Numbered from the stretch's first letter, positions 29,089 through 38,931 are shown. The stretch: DNA of 64,000 nucleotides from a virus (IMGVR_UViG_3300029288_000006:28275-92274), one strand, 5' to 3'. Numbers and translations are program-made. Notes: a model not told the origin generated them from the letters alone.

Positions 29089-29639
29089 GTACTTTTTTTG
29101 ACCCGTCACCCAAAACCACCCACTAACCCCGACGTAAACCGTTGTCGCCCACCGCCGAAAAGAATTTTGATACTTTTTTACTTTAACCGACACAATTAAA
29201 ATATTCAAATATATCCGAATCCGACTTAAATCCAGATTTTACAAAGATTTGACGAAAAGTATAATATTCAGAACTTTATATTTATTATATAGTGAAATTA
29301 AGCCCAGTTACGTATGGGAAAATAGTTCTGTAACACATACCACACAATTACCTCATTATCTGGATACCTAACTTACCTATCTCACTGTCTCCTTACCACA
29401 ATACATCACATACTATCTGCCACACATCTTACCTTCCCATCTTACCTCACCTAATTTGCAACTCTAATTAGCACCGCTTGGATTGACTCGTAATTATACT
29501 ACCTCTCTGCTACGTAATATATAAGATTGACATGACTATTATTGTAATTATTATCACAACTATTACTCTAATTATTACTATAACTATTACTATCACACTT
29601 ATTATAGCTATTATTTCCCCTATTATCCCTAATTTTGTA

Positions 29640-29736
29640 TGCATAATTATTCACAGTTATCTATTAAATCGCTACAATTATGCATAATTATTCATATTCT
29701 CTGCATACCTATACCTGTTAATTGCATAATTATTCA
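29640..29736. promoter_or_regulatory. phased ARG-box-like operators (TGCATAATTATTCA x3)
   Basis: Identical 14-mers at 29640, 29681 and 29723, plus a degenerate copy at 29702. Confidence 0.55.
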
Positions 29737-29911
29737 TATAATACTTTATAACCCTATAAATATTTAATATTATAATTATAATTACAACCCATTACTATTA
29801 TTCTATTTATATCTTACCTTTACTTTAATACTTTATTGTTAATTGTACACGATCTCGATAAAAACCCGTAACCGTCTAACTCTCGATTTTACAAACACTT
29901 ACAAAAAACCC

Positions 29912-29939
29912 TTGGACGATCAAAATCTTGTGGTATATT
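29912..29939 (+). promoter_or_regulatory. sigma70-type promoter
   Basis: TTGGAC-16-TATATT with an extended -10 TG. Confidence 0.55.
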
Positions 29940-30019
29940 GTTTACCATCGGCGGGAAACACCGCCCAATCTTCACTTATCACTTATCACTCACATTCACA
30001 CTAACACGGAGGTATTATT

Positions 30020-30385
30020 ATGGGTTTCAATCCGAGTGCGCCGAGAGTCACGCCAGTCACGACCACCGCCAAGCGGAAAGCCGGTCGCCCTGTTACTAAA
30101 CGCGCCAATCCAGCGCCCGCGCCCGCTCCCGCGCCAAGGGTCACAATGGCTCCGGCGGCTGTTCCGGGAGTAGCTCATGTCGCCGCCGCTCCATCACCCG
30201 CGCCAAGCGCGGAAGGGGCAAGCATCACAGTGAACGCTCCATTCAGCAAGGATACCGGTAACTACCTGCTCTACGCCCATTTTGATAAGGGCAGGATACT
30301 GGCGCAGACTCATATCGCCAAGACCATGATCGAGGGTGACCCGGCGCCGTCGGTCAACATCACTATCGAGGAATGTTGGGAGTAG
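30020..30385 (+). CDS. Pro/Ala-rich basic protein with AT-hook-like KAGRP motif
   Basis: GGAGG RBS, own promoter and terminator, GC-rich codons. Confidence 0.75.
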   Translation: MGFNPSAPRVTPVTTTAKRKAGRPVTKRANPAPAPAPAPRVTMAPAAVPGVAHVAAAPSPAPSAEGASITVNAPFSKDTGNYLLYAHFDKGRILAQTHIAKTMIEGDPAPSVNITIEECWE

Positions 30386-30431
30386 TATAACACTCAGCAT
30401 TCGCGATTAATCTAATACCGATCACATTAAC

Positions 30432-30473
30432 AGGGAGGCTCTGACTGCTATGTTGGAGTCTCCCTTCTATTTT
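30432..30473 (+). terminator. rho-independent terminator
   Basis: AGGGAGGCTC/GAGTCTCCCT stem followed by TCTATTTT. Confidence 0.6.
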
Positions 30474-30514
30474 CCCCCGAATTACTACCATCCCCCGATT
30501 ATACTGGAGAATCT

Positions 30515-30749
30515 CATGTCTACCATTAAAGTTATCACCAAAAAACCGGACGAACTACCATTCATGCTCGCATATGAGACGTATGATGATTCAAAGGTTA
30601 ATTTTATTGCACATATAACACTATCAGATGATTGTATCGGGCTCATGAAATGCGCAGATGAACTCATTGATGACAATGTTACAGATCGCGTTTATATCTG
30701 CGCGATACTCGAATTCAAAACCGCCGAGGTATGTGATGAACCAGACTGA
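30515..30749 (+). CDS. small VY[IV]C-family protein 1
   Basis: GGAG RBS before MSTIK; DRVYICAI. Confidence 0.55.
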
Positions 30750-30950
30750 TATACTTGTCCGAAGTGAATTACCCAGCCCGATTACTTGTCCAAATTGTGA
30801 GAATACCTATACACTCACACACATTCAGACAGGTTCGGATTGGAATGACTTTGGGTATAGGTATTGTCCGTATTGCGGAGATATGTCAGACTTGCATATC
30901 TCATATACTAACTCTAAACCAAGACCCAAACCACGGGAGAACCCACTATT

Positions 30951-31178
30951 ATGAGCACTAATTTCGGCAACATAGACGCTTTCCGAACCGCTAATTATAC
31001 TCCCGGTTCTATTCATACATTACCGGACGTAGACGGGCATAAATACCGCTGGAAAGTTATCGGGAAAGGTACACCAATGCCGGGTTCATACTATGTCACG
31101 TATCTCAATGGCGATATAGTTATGACCGCAATCAAAGCTGTTCCAATGCGTAAGGTACTCGTGAAGAAAGTGAGGTAA
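30951..31178 (+). CDS. hypothetical protein
   Basis: GGGAG RBS. Confidence 0.55.
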   Translation: MSTNFGNIDAFRTANYTPGSIHTLPDVDGHKYRWKVIGKGTPMPGSYYVTYLNGDIVMTAIKAVPMRKVLVKKVR

Positions 31179-31525
31179 ACTGCGTTGCTCGAACCATAGT
31201 ATATCCATTATACTCACTCTCATACTCCCTGAAAGGATGACCCTACGCCATGTCTAAAATACCTAACCCCTTCGCCCTGTTCGCCATAATGTCATCCGCA
31301 TTCACTACATCATATCTCAAATCACCATCCCATGACTACTTCTCCAATGATGGTAATGTTTCCGATGGATGGCAATTTCATGGGAAACATAAGAGTCAGA
31401 ACAAGATTCATAACAATAGTCACAGTAAGAGTCATAATAAACGCAATAAATGGAAATAATGGTGAAATAATCCGCCATTATTAATTAATCACTCACCTTA
31501 ACAACTCTCACCCGGAGGTCTACTC

Positions 31526-31726
31526 ATGAAATCCCAATTCGCTGTCATACGTGTACGTGAAGATTGGGGCGCGCATACCGAACAAGTCACATTCGTAGAC
31601 GAATTAAACCAAGCTCGTGAATTCGCAGAAGATCATATCATTGACTCCGATGATGTGTATATATGCAAAATCATCGGGAAAATAAACAAACATATCACTA
31701 TTGACCCCGAATATATGGGGAAATAG
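31526..31726 (+). CDS. small VY[IV]C-family protein 2
   Basis: GGAGG RBS; LNQARE.A.D.I..DDVYICKIIG. Confidence 0.7.
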   Translation: MKSQFAVIRVREDWGAHTEQVTFVDELNQAREFAEDHIIDSDDVYICKIIGKINKHITIDPEYMGK

Positions 31727-31794
31727 GAGGAAACAGGGAGAAAATAGGACACATACAAACTATTTTCCCTGTAGAAATTTTTAATTCACATTAA

Positions 31795-31995
31795 TTGGAG
31801 GGTAGTAAAATGGAAGATAAGATTCAGTATATTGTTGTTATGTGTGATGGTAGTGCTCTTGCCGCTGTTAATTATTTCACTAATTTGAATGCGGCACGAG
31901 AAGATGCATCGGATCAAATAGATGATTTTCAAGATGTATACGTATGCAAGATCGTCGGGCGTTCAAATAGAACCATGCAATACGACGATAAGTAA
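31795..31995 (+). CDS. small VY[IV]C-family protein 3
   Basis: LNAARE.A.D.I..QDVYVCKIVG. Confidence 0.7.
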   Translation: MEGSKMEDKIQYIVVMCDGSALAAVNYFTNLNAAREDASDQIDDFQDVYVCKIVGRSNRTMQYDDK

Positions 31996-32433
31996 TATCG
32001 CTGAGTAATATCACATGGTCGGGGTGATTAATTATTATGCATAGTAGTATGAATATGCGCATAATTATGCATGTGATTAATTGCTCCGACTATTTTTTTA
32101 TCAGAAGTATGAGTTTAACAGGATGAACTAATGCGATAGATGTGTGTGATAAAGTGTATGATAATTAGAGAGATAAGATAAGTGAGAGTTAGAATTTATG
32201 GCTTTAATTAACGTCGCATGGGAAGTGAGATGATAGACTTATCGCTATGTTGGCTGATTAGAATTATGAATAAGATAATGGTGCTAATAATTAAGATTAA
32301 TTTGTAACTTTAATTAACATCGCATGAAGTGAACTATGAACGTATGTTCCCTACGTTGCGTATATAGATTAAGGTTATAGTGTAGGGTTATAGGTCTTAA
32401 GTTCCTGTTTATTCTCATACTTATAACTTTCTC

Positions 32434-32461
32434 TTGACTTATAAAAGTTATGTGTTATACT
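32434..32461 (+). promoter_or_regulatory. sigma70-type promoter
   Basis: TTGACT-16-TATACT with an extended -10 TG. Confidence 0.7.
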
Positions 32462-32495
32462 GTGAATGGGGAGAGAAAAACGTTCTTTCTCTTGA

Positions 32496-32744
32496 ATGGT
32501 TCTATTAATCATTATAAGAAAGGTTATTACAATGAAAAAACTTATAGCTGGAGAATATCCGAATTATAGAATAAAAACCGTGAATATTCCCGGAAAAAAA
32601 GCGTATAAAGAATCAGATTTTACATTATTTGAGTTAGATATGATAGAATACTCCACAAGGTTATACATGGAAACACAAGAATTAATCCGTGAAAAACTAT
32701 TAAATAAATATCTTGAGGAACATCAGGAAACGGAAATTGAATAA
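32496..32744 (+). CDS. hypothetical protein
   Basis: Downstream of the promoter; likely start is MKKLIAG. Confidence 0.55.
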   Translation: MVLLIIIRKVITMKKLIAGEYPNYRIKTVNIPGKKAYKESDFTLFELDMIEYSTRLYMETQELIREKLLNKYLEEHQETEIE

Positions 32745-32786
32745 TCAGTATGTTTCACCATTAACAATTTTAGAAGGGGAATTACA

Positions 32787-33116
32787 ATGTTTAATCGCAC
32801 AATTAGAGTAACAACGTCCGACAAATCGGACAAAGGCAAGCGCAATGTTCCGGTAGTTCAATTCGATGATAACGGCACGGCAACACTACCGATCACCGAT
32901 GAAACGGACGCTTTCTATTTATTCAGCGGCAAAACTGCTGAAGATGTACAGGACGGAAAGCGGCGAATTCGCGCAACGAATGTGAACGTGTACTTTGGCA
33001 AGTACGAAGTGGCGGACGGCGATCAAGTGCCAGTCGGTTTCAAGGTGACTCTTGAAGCCATATATGAGGAAGTGAAAAAGCCCGTCACAATTCCCCGGAA
33101 GATCGCCCGTAAGTAA
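32787..33116 (+). CDS. hypothetical protein (GC-richer codons)
   Basis: AGGGG RBS; followed by a terminator. Confidence 0.7.
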   Translation: MFNRTIRVTTSDKSDKGKRNVPVVQFDDNGTATLPITDETDAFYLFSGKTAEDVQDGKRRIRATNVNVYFGKYEVADGDQVPVGFKVTLEAIYEEVKKPVTIPRKIARK

Positions 33117-33143
33117 TTGCTTCATACTACACTTATGACTCAT

Positions 33144-33186
33144 AATATGGGAGAGTATCTAATAGATATTCTCTCATATTTTTTTA
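33144..33186 (+). terminator. rho-independent terminator
   Basis: AATATGGGAGAGTATCT/AGATATTCTCTCATATT stem followed by a T-run. Confidence 0.8.
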
Positions 33187-34074
33187 CCACAATCATTATA
33201 TAATCATGGTAAACTAATTAATAGGTAAGTGTATGCTGAATATGGGACTTATGACATATAGGTATAGGGGATAGGTATGTGGATATAGACTGGAGGAAAT
33301 ATATGTTATGTTATATATAATATATGCTCTCAAACACAAAAATTATTTTTTCCCGTAAAATTAGTAAGAGTATATATTAGATTAGTAGGATGATATAATG
33401 TAGACTGAGTCTCTATGTTAGTATGAATGGTGCAGGGTGCGAAGTAGTAGTAGTATGATTAGTAGTATGATGATTAGAATTATTAGAATTAGAGTTAAGG
33501 GTTAAAATGAGAAGTATTAAGGTTAGAAGTATTAGTAAGGTTAGGAGTATCGGTATATATTAGTGTTAGAATTATTAGAATTATTAGTGTTAGAGTTAGG
33601 CTTATCCGAACCATTTATCTAAGTAGTAAATTGCGACAAGTCCGAGTATGAACATGAGAGCGAAATATCCAATTGTACCAAGAACCCAGAGTACGGTTTC
33701 GGAATTAGTTTCAGGTACAGGTTCAAAGTTTATCCAGAGCATTAATAGCATGGGAATTAGACTCCAGTTTAGGTTTGGGTTTTTGATGTTACACCGTGGG
33801 TTCATAGGTTTTAAATATCAAAAATTTAACGCCAGTCTCCACGACCATAGCATACAGCAATGGTCATAAGAACAGATAGTACGAGAACGATAATATAATA
33901 GACAGTGGGTTGCATATTTATTCTCCAAGGTAATTTTTAATGTAAAACATAAGCTGCTAACGTATAACCAGCAATAAACAAACAAAGAGAATAACACACT
34001 ATAAATAACATCACTAAACCTACCATAATTGCAATTAAAACTTTTTCTTTTAGTTCTGACATGGGAGTAATCCT

Positions 34075-34323
34075 TTAACTTTTAATTTTTATTTTTCTGA
34101 TTTTCTGTATACCACTTTTAGGATAAACATTTACATCCCTATAACTATCCTCTTCGTCATGATAATCATTCCCAATAGTAATGAATTCTTCCGTTTCGTT
34201 GATTAATATTCCTGCACTGATTAATTTAATTGGTTCAAAACTTGTGCAGTCTTTACCAGTATAAGAATTCCGTCCATACTTACAAGAATCTTTCCAGTAT
34301 ATGACAGCGATTGTTTTTGACAT
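34075..34323 (-). CDS. conserved phage protein (W.DS..S.G.L..YP..I motif)
   Basis: Recurrent phage motif. Confidence 0.6.
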   Translation of the reverse strand: MSKTIAVIYWKDSCKYGRNSYTGKDCTSFEPIKLISAGILINETEEFITIGNDYHDEEDSYRDVNVYPKSGIQKIRKIKIKS

Positions 34324-34343
34324 TAGAGGTGTCCTTAGTTTAA

Positions 34344-35741
34344 TTATTTTATTTCCGCTAATCCTATGACATATGGTTTGTTATCCCATGAATATAATTT
34401 TATAGGTGTAAGTTTTTTGTTAGATAAATAATTAGATTGTACTCTATGTTTTAGAAATGAACCATTTAGATGAGTGTAGACTATCTGACCGTCAATGATA
34501 TTAAATGTATCAGCTATATAGAGTGGGTGTTTGATTGATAGGATTGAGTCTAGATTAGTATTATGTTTATAATTATTTAGAACATCATATGAGCACAATC
34601 CAAAGGTATCTATGATTTTAAAGTCTTTAGCGGCATATCCAATTGCGCCAAGGTCACCAGACAGAACCCAACGAGATTTGTCACCGTGATCTTGTAATAA
34701 TTTACCAGTTTCTAATCTAGCTTCCTGGACCGGTGATAAATTAGCAGCGTTGGAATACATCCATTTAATTGAATTAACATTCTGATATAGCAGTATGGGT
34801 AATACTATTAGAATAACTTTCCAGTTTTTAAATACCGGTGCTCCACAAATTAACATGAGCGGTAGCATGGGAACACTATATCTAACCCAATCTGAACGCG
34901 GTCCGAGCAGGCAGGCGACTATAGAAATAATTATATACACTCCCAACCATCTAACTCTTATGTCCATAATCATTCCAATAATACACATAACAGGAACAAT
35001 AAGGGCATATCTTACCCATGTGCTGATAATTTGCATAGGATTGGATTCATAATAATTAGTGAGTTGTTTGAATTGTACGGCATGTGAGATCAATGTACCA
35101 TAATATAGATACTTAAATAAATAGAATAGAGAAATAATACCGATAACTATTAATATATCTAATATCTTACGATCATGCACTAACCATAATGATAGAATTA
35201 ATATACCCTCTGGACGAGTTAATGCTATTAAAATAACCAACCACATTGAGAGTTCAGATTTTTTATATAACATTGAGTATGCGAATGCACAGAGTAGGGC
35301 TGTAAAAAATATTGTATCCATTCCCAATATTGCCCACCCAGAAATGAATCCATGCAAAGATGATATTAAAGCAAGTAGTATGGAGATTATTATATTCCCG
35401 GAAAGTTTTAACGCACACAAATATACGAAACCCGCGATTAACCCCAAGGACAGCATATTAAATAAGAAGGATACCATCGCAAGATTGTGTATACCAACGC
35501 GATAGAATAATGCAAGAATAACAGTATATAGGAATGATGATGCCGAATCTACCCGCTCGTTTAGATTGTAAACTAACTGACCGTGCTCAGCTAAGTTTAT
35601 GGCATATCTCATGGAAATTGCGGCGTCATCATAACAATTTCTATATAATGTATTGGTATTATTATAAATAATTACAACTGTTGTTATGGATATTACAGCA
35701 AGTGCAAGCGCAATAATTATGTTTTTCATATGTGTTTCCAT
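34344..35741 (-). CDS. multi-pass GT-C fold membrane glycosyltransferase (PMT/arabinofuranosyltransferase-like)
   Basis: DDAAISMRYAINL..G.LVYN..ERV..ASS.LY, TRPEG, GAIGY, IDTFGL; many TM helices. Confidence 0.75.
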   Translation of the reverse strand: METHMKNIIIALALAVISITTVVIIYNNTNTLYRNCYDDAAISMRYAINLAEHGQLVYNLNERVDSASSFLYTVILALFYRVGIHNLAMVSFLFNMLSLGLIAGFVYLCALKLSGNIIISILLALISSLHGFISGWAILGMDTIFFTALLCAFAYSMLYKKSELSMWLVILIALTRPEGILILSLWLVHDRKILDILIVIGIISLFYLFKYLYYGTLISHAVQFKQLTNYYESNPMQIISTWVRYALIVPVMCIIGMIMDIRVRWLGVYIIISIVACLLGPRSDWVRYSVPMLPLMLICGAPVFKNWKVILIVLPILLYQNVNSIKWMYSNAANLSPVQEARLETGKLLQDHGDKSRWVLSGDLGAIGYAAKDFKIIDTFGLCSYDVLNNYKHNTNLDSILSIKHPLYIADTFNIIDGQIVYTHLNGSFLKHRVQSNYLSNKKLTPIKLYSWDNKPYVIGLAEIK

Positions 35742-36262
35742 CTACTTTTATTTAAAACCGAGTATATGCAAGATTCGCTAACTCCAAATATGTTTGATAT
35801 TTCTTTGGCGGATATTATATCTTTTAATTTCCTGATTTCATGAACATCAATTTCTTTTAATTTTGCGCCACCAGCCCTTTCTCCACAATTATGTGCTCTT
35901 CTGCCTTTCTTTATCATGTCTCGTGTATTATCTGCAAAACTTCCAGCAAATAAGTGGTTAGGATTGCAACATGCAGGATTGTCACACGTATGTAAAACAC
36001 ATGGTTTATCCTTTGTTAAAATTCCACCTGATAATAAAAAAGCCATGCGATGTGCGCCTTCTGCTTTACCATAAATACAAAAAGTTCCATATCCGCAACC
36101 CCTGTCCCCCGCCTTCCATTCCCAACATTCATCACGTCCGCGAATATCAACTTTGCGCCAGAAACGAATCGGGATATTTTCTCTTCTGCTTTGCCACCAT
36201 TTTTTAATCATTGTTGTCATTTGTATTCTTCGTTCTTCAGACCAATGATCTCCCTTTTTCAT
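35726..36262 (-). CDS. HNH homing endonuclease with C-terminal HTH
   Basis: FWRKVD..ECWEW, GYG, AHR, VLHTCDNPACCNPNHL, N..DM..KGR. Confidence 0.92.
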   Translation of the reverse strand: MKKGDHWSEERRIQMTTMIKKWWQSRRENIPIRFWRKVDIRGRDECWEWKAGDRGCGYGTFCIYGKAEGAHRMAFLLSGGILTKDKPCVLHTCDNPACCNPNHLFAGSFADNTRDMIKKGRRAHNCGERAGGAKLKEIDVHEIRKLKDIISAKEISNIFGVSESCIYSVLNKSRWKHI

Positions 36263-36306
36263 CTTAGTTTCCCTATTTTTGATTTTGGCATTATCTAATT
36301 CTTAGT

Positions 36307-36651
36307 TTAATTCTTAGTTGGGTTCTTGATGGAATCACTAATTTCCTTCTTGATTTTATCACTATTTAAATATACATCGCCGTTAATCTCTTCCTTAGCT
36401 AATTCAAATGGAACTACAACTCTACGATAGAATTCCAACTTAACACATTCTAGGACACCAATAATAGCGTTCAGTGTTTTATAATCCAGTCTACCATCTG
36501 GTGACATTTGAATAGTATCGTGGACTGTAATGTTCAGTAAACTAGTAATAAGATAGTTTAGTTCGCCAACCGTGATATGTTCCGGTAAATTCTTATATGA
36601 GTTTAATACATCTTCAAACTTTTTACGGTCAATCTTTTTAATGTATGGCAT
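36307..36651 (-). CDS. conserved phage protein (MPYI..GELNY..LEFYRR..NGDVY family)
   Basis: Recognisable conserved motif set. Confidence 0.7.
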   Translation of the reverse strand: MPYIKKIDRKKFEDVLNSYKNLPEHITVGELNYLITSLLNITVHDTIQMSPDGRLDYKTLNAIIGVLECVKLEFYRRVVVPFELAKEEINGDVYLNSDKIKKEISDSIKNPTKN

Positions 36652-36988
36652 GATAAGACTCCACGGTTATCTTCCTTGAAATTTATCTAATAGTTTAGAT
36701 GCTATGATTAGAATCAAACAAACAAAAATAATATATATAAATTCATATGACATAATTTTATTCTCCCATTTTTGCTTCTAATTTATCCACTCTCTTGACC
36801 AATTCACATATCCTACTATCTTGCATAATTTTTCTATTAACAACATTTTTTAGAAACTCAGAACCAAAGTAATCCAACATCTTTTGCAATTCATAGTCCG
36901 TCCAGTAAATAGCAGTTGGTTCATTAAGCATTCTTCTTAAATCTTTTACCTTATCCTCATCTAATTTATTTAGCATAATCCTATCCTT

Positions 36989-37576
36989 TTAAATTAAATC
37001 ATATTCCCATCTAACTTTAGGAGCTAATGTCTGTTCTTTATTTCTAACCATATACTTATTCGACCATGACATTCCTTCCGAATATCCACGCGCTATCCAT
37101 CCACTTGCTTTATAGATTGTTCCCGTATGAACTTCAGTATCTTGATATGAAATTAATCTAATTATATCAGGTCTTGTTTTTACTATATCCATTCTCATAA
37201 TTCTTAACATTCTCGACGCTGTGTTCTTTGGCGCATCTGGTGATATAGCCATACGTCTTAATTCAAGTATTCTATCACCATCTTTTAATCTATTAGCCGC
37301 CACAGGATTACTCCATAAAGCTACCGCATAATATTTATTGGAATATTCAGCACCATAAGCGAAACAACAGAAATCATTTCCTATGTTCGGCAATCTTGAG
37401 TGCCATAACTTATTGAGCAACACAGCAGTATTGGTAGCTATGCGTGTAATATTTAATTGGAGCGCGGAGGTCGGATTTGCACCGCCATATTCTTCCTGGA
37501 ATAGAGGATATGCTACTCTTGCATCATCCGCGCTTATAGTTAAAAGTATATCTGAACTATTATTTTTGCTAGACAT
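36989..37576 (-). CDS. Mom-like GNAT-fold putative DNA-modifying acyltransferase
   Basis: ELRRMAI..APKNTASRML..LISYQD..HTGTIYKASGW..K.RW. Confidence 0.75.
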   Translation of the reverse strand: MSSKNNSSDILLTISADDARVAYPLFQEEYGGANPTSALQLNITRIATNTAVLLNKLWHSRLPNIGNDFCCFAYGAEYSNKYYAVALWSNPVAANRLKDGDRILELRRMAISPDAPKNTASRMLRIMRMDIVKTRPDIIRLISYQDTEVHTGTIYKASGWIARGYSEGMSWSNKYMVRNKEQTLAPKVRWEYDLI

Positions 37577-37729
37577 TGCCGTCTCTTATATATCTTTGAA
37601 TACATTTTACCGCTTTCTCATACAAATCACGCTCTTCGGATGTCCATACATGATTATGATTTGCGAGTGCTAACCCTAATGCGTCTAACGCTTTTAGAAT
37701 TATTTCCATCATATGACTCCTTATTCTTA

Positions 37730-38176
37730 TTACTGCGCATCATATATAACCTTAATCATCTCAATTAACTTCTCTGGAAACTCACCACCCTCTACCATCA
37801 CATCTCCACTCTCAATCGTCTTTCCCATACACCAAATATAACTAATCATTCCGCAATTGTCAACACTTATTATCAGAGTTCTATCATTTTTTTTGTACCA
37901 CTCGAACGTTATATCTCCGCTAGGTTCACAACTAATAATTGGCATGGGGATATTGTCTGGTATAAGTTCAATAAAAGTATGGGAATATATTAAAGCGGAC
38001 TCACTTATCGGATACGCATCATATCCATCCCAACCCCACTCTTTGCACTCATCGTATATATCGTCGAGTAGAATGTGGAGTCCAGCAATATCATCATAAA
38101 ACTCATGATTCGGTGTAACATTTGATGTAATATTTGATGTAACACTTTCCGCAACATTCGGAACGTTCTCTTCCAT
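37730..38176 (-). CDS. hypothetical protein (WDGYDA.PI family)
   Basis: GGAGG RBS; conserved-looking motif. Confidence 0.6.
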   Translation of the reverse strand: MEENVPNVAESVTSNITSNVTPNHEFYDDIAGLHILLDDIYDECKEWGWDGYDAYPISESALIYSHTFIELIPDNIPMPIISCEPSGDITFEWYKKNDRTLIISVDNCGMISYIWCMGKTIESGDVMVEGGEFPEKLIEMIKVIYDAQ

Positions 38177-38196
38177 GATAAAAACCTCCCGCTTAA

Positions 38197-38931
38197 CTAC
38201 CCTTTTAGGAGTTCACTCGGATTCATCCAGCAGGCTGGTTCGCCCTTGCCTACGGTAGCATCGTTCTCTTCGCGGCTATCGCCGCCAAAAGACGCGCTCT
38301 CTTCGCTATCGCGAAGCTCGCTCCCACATATATCCCCACACTCAATCTTATTATTACTATTATCTAAATTCTCTTTCTTCTCCTTCTTCTTTTTACCCCT
38401 AACCAACCCCAACCTTTTACCCGTAATATATACTGTGTTCGTACTCATATTAAAAATCTTACAAATCACACTACTATTCTCACCATTCTCATACATCTCT
38501 TTAAACAACTCTCTATCACTATCACTCATAATATCATACTTCCCGCTCCTACCTAACTTATGATTAGGTGCGAACTTATGTATATAATTATACACAGTCT
38601 TGGTTGATCTTAGACCATAAATCTTAGCTATATCTTCCGCTCGTACTCCTTGTACGAATAAATTAAACATATGTCTTTTATCTATAATTGAAATCTTTTC
38701 GCTCACTCCAAGAACTTTTTTTCTCTTTACTTCAACATCATCATCAGCACCACGAGTAATCAATTCCTTAACATTCTCTGGGTCTAGTAATGCTACCTCT
38801 GTATACTCACCAAATTTCTTACCTATCAATTTCTTGATTGCGTCTATTTTATCTTCCGGTATATTCCAACTTCTCAATATCTCACCGGTAGTTTTGTCTG
38901 GTGCTATTTCAAATTCGTCATATTCTCCCAT
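38197..38931 (-). CDS. protein with two HTH-like segments
   Basis: G..AEDIAKIYGL..KTVYNYI and G..SSVICKIFNMS..TVY. Confidence 0.55.
   Translation of the reverse strand: MGEYDEFEIAPDKTTGEILRSWNIPEDKIDAIKKLIGKKFGEYTEVALLDPENVKELITRGADDDVEVKRKKVLGVSEKISIIDKRHMFNLFVQGVRAEDIAKIYGLRSTKTVYNYIHKFAPNHKLGRSGKYDIMSDSDRELFKEMYENGENSSVICKIFNMSTNTVYITGKRLGLVRGKKKKEKKENLDNSNNKIECGDICGSELRDSEESASFGGDSREENDATVGKGEPACWMNPSELLKG

Noticed and set aside
29640-29736. Mini-CRISPR array (three identical repeats with 27-28 nt spacers)
   Set aside because: The repeat is only 14 bp, one 'spacer' contains a degenerate copy, and there are no cas genes. It fits operator sites better. The Cas4-like nuclease at 8950 sits in a recombination module.
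32050-33320. dif/Xer recombination site (TGCGCATAA near 32056; TTATGTTATAT near 33306)
   Set aside because: Each is only a half-site resemblance, with no matching partner arm at 6-bp spacing.
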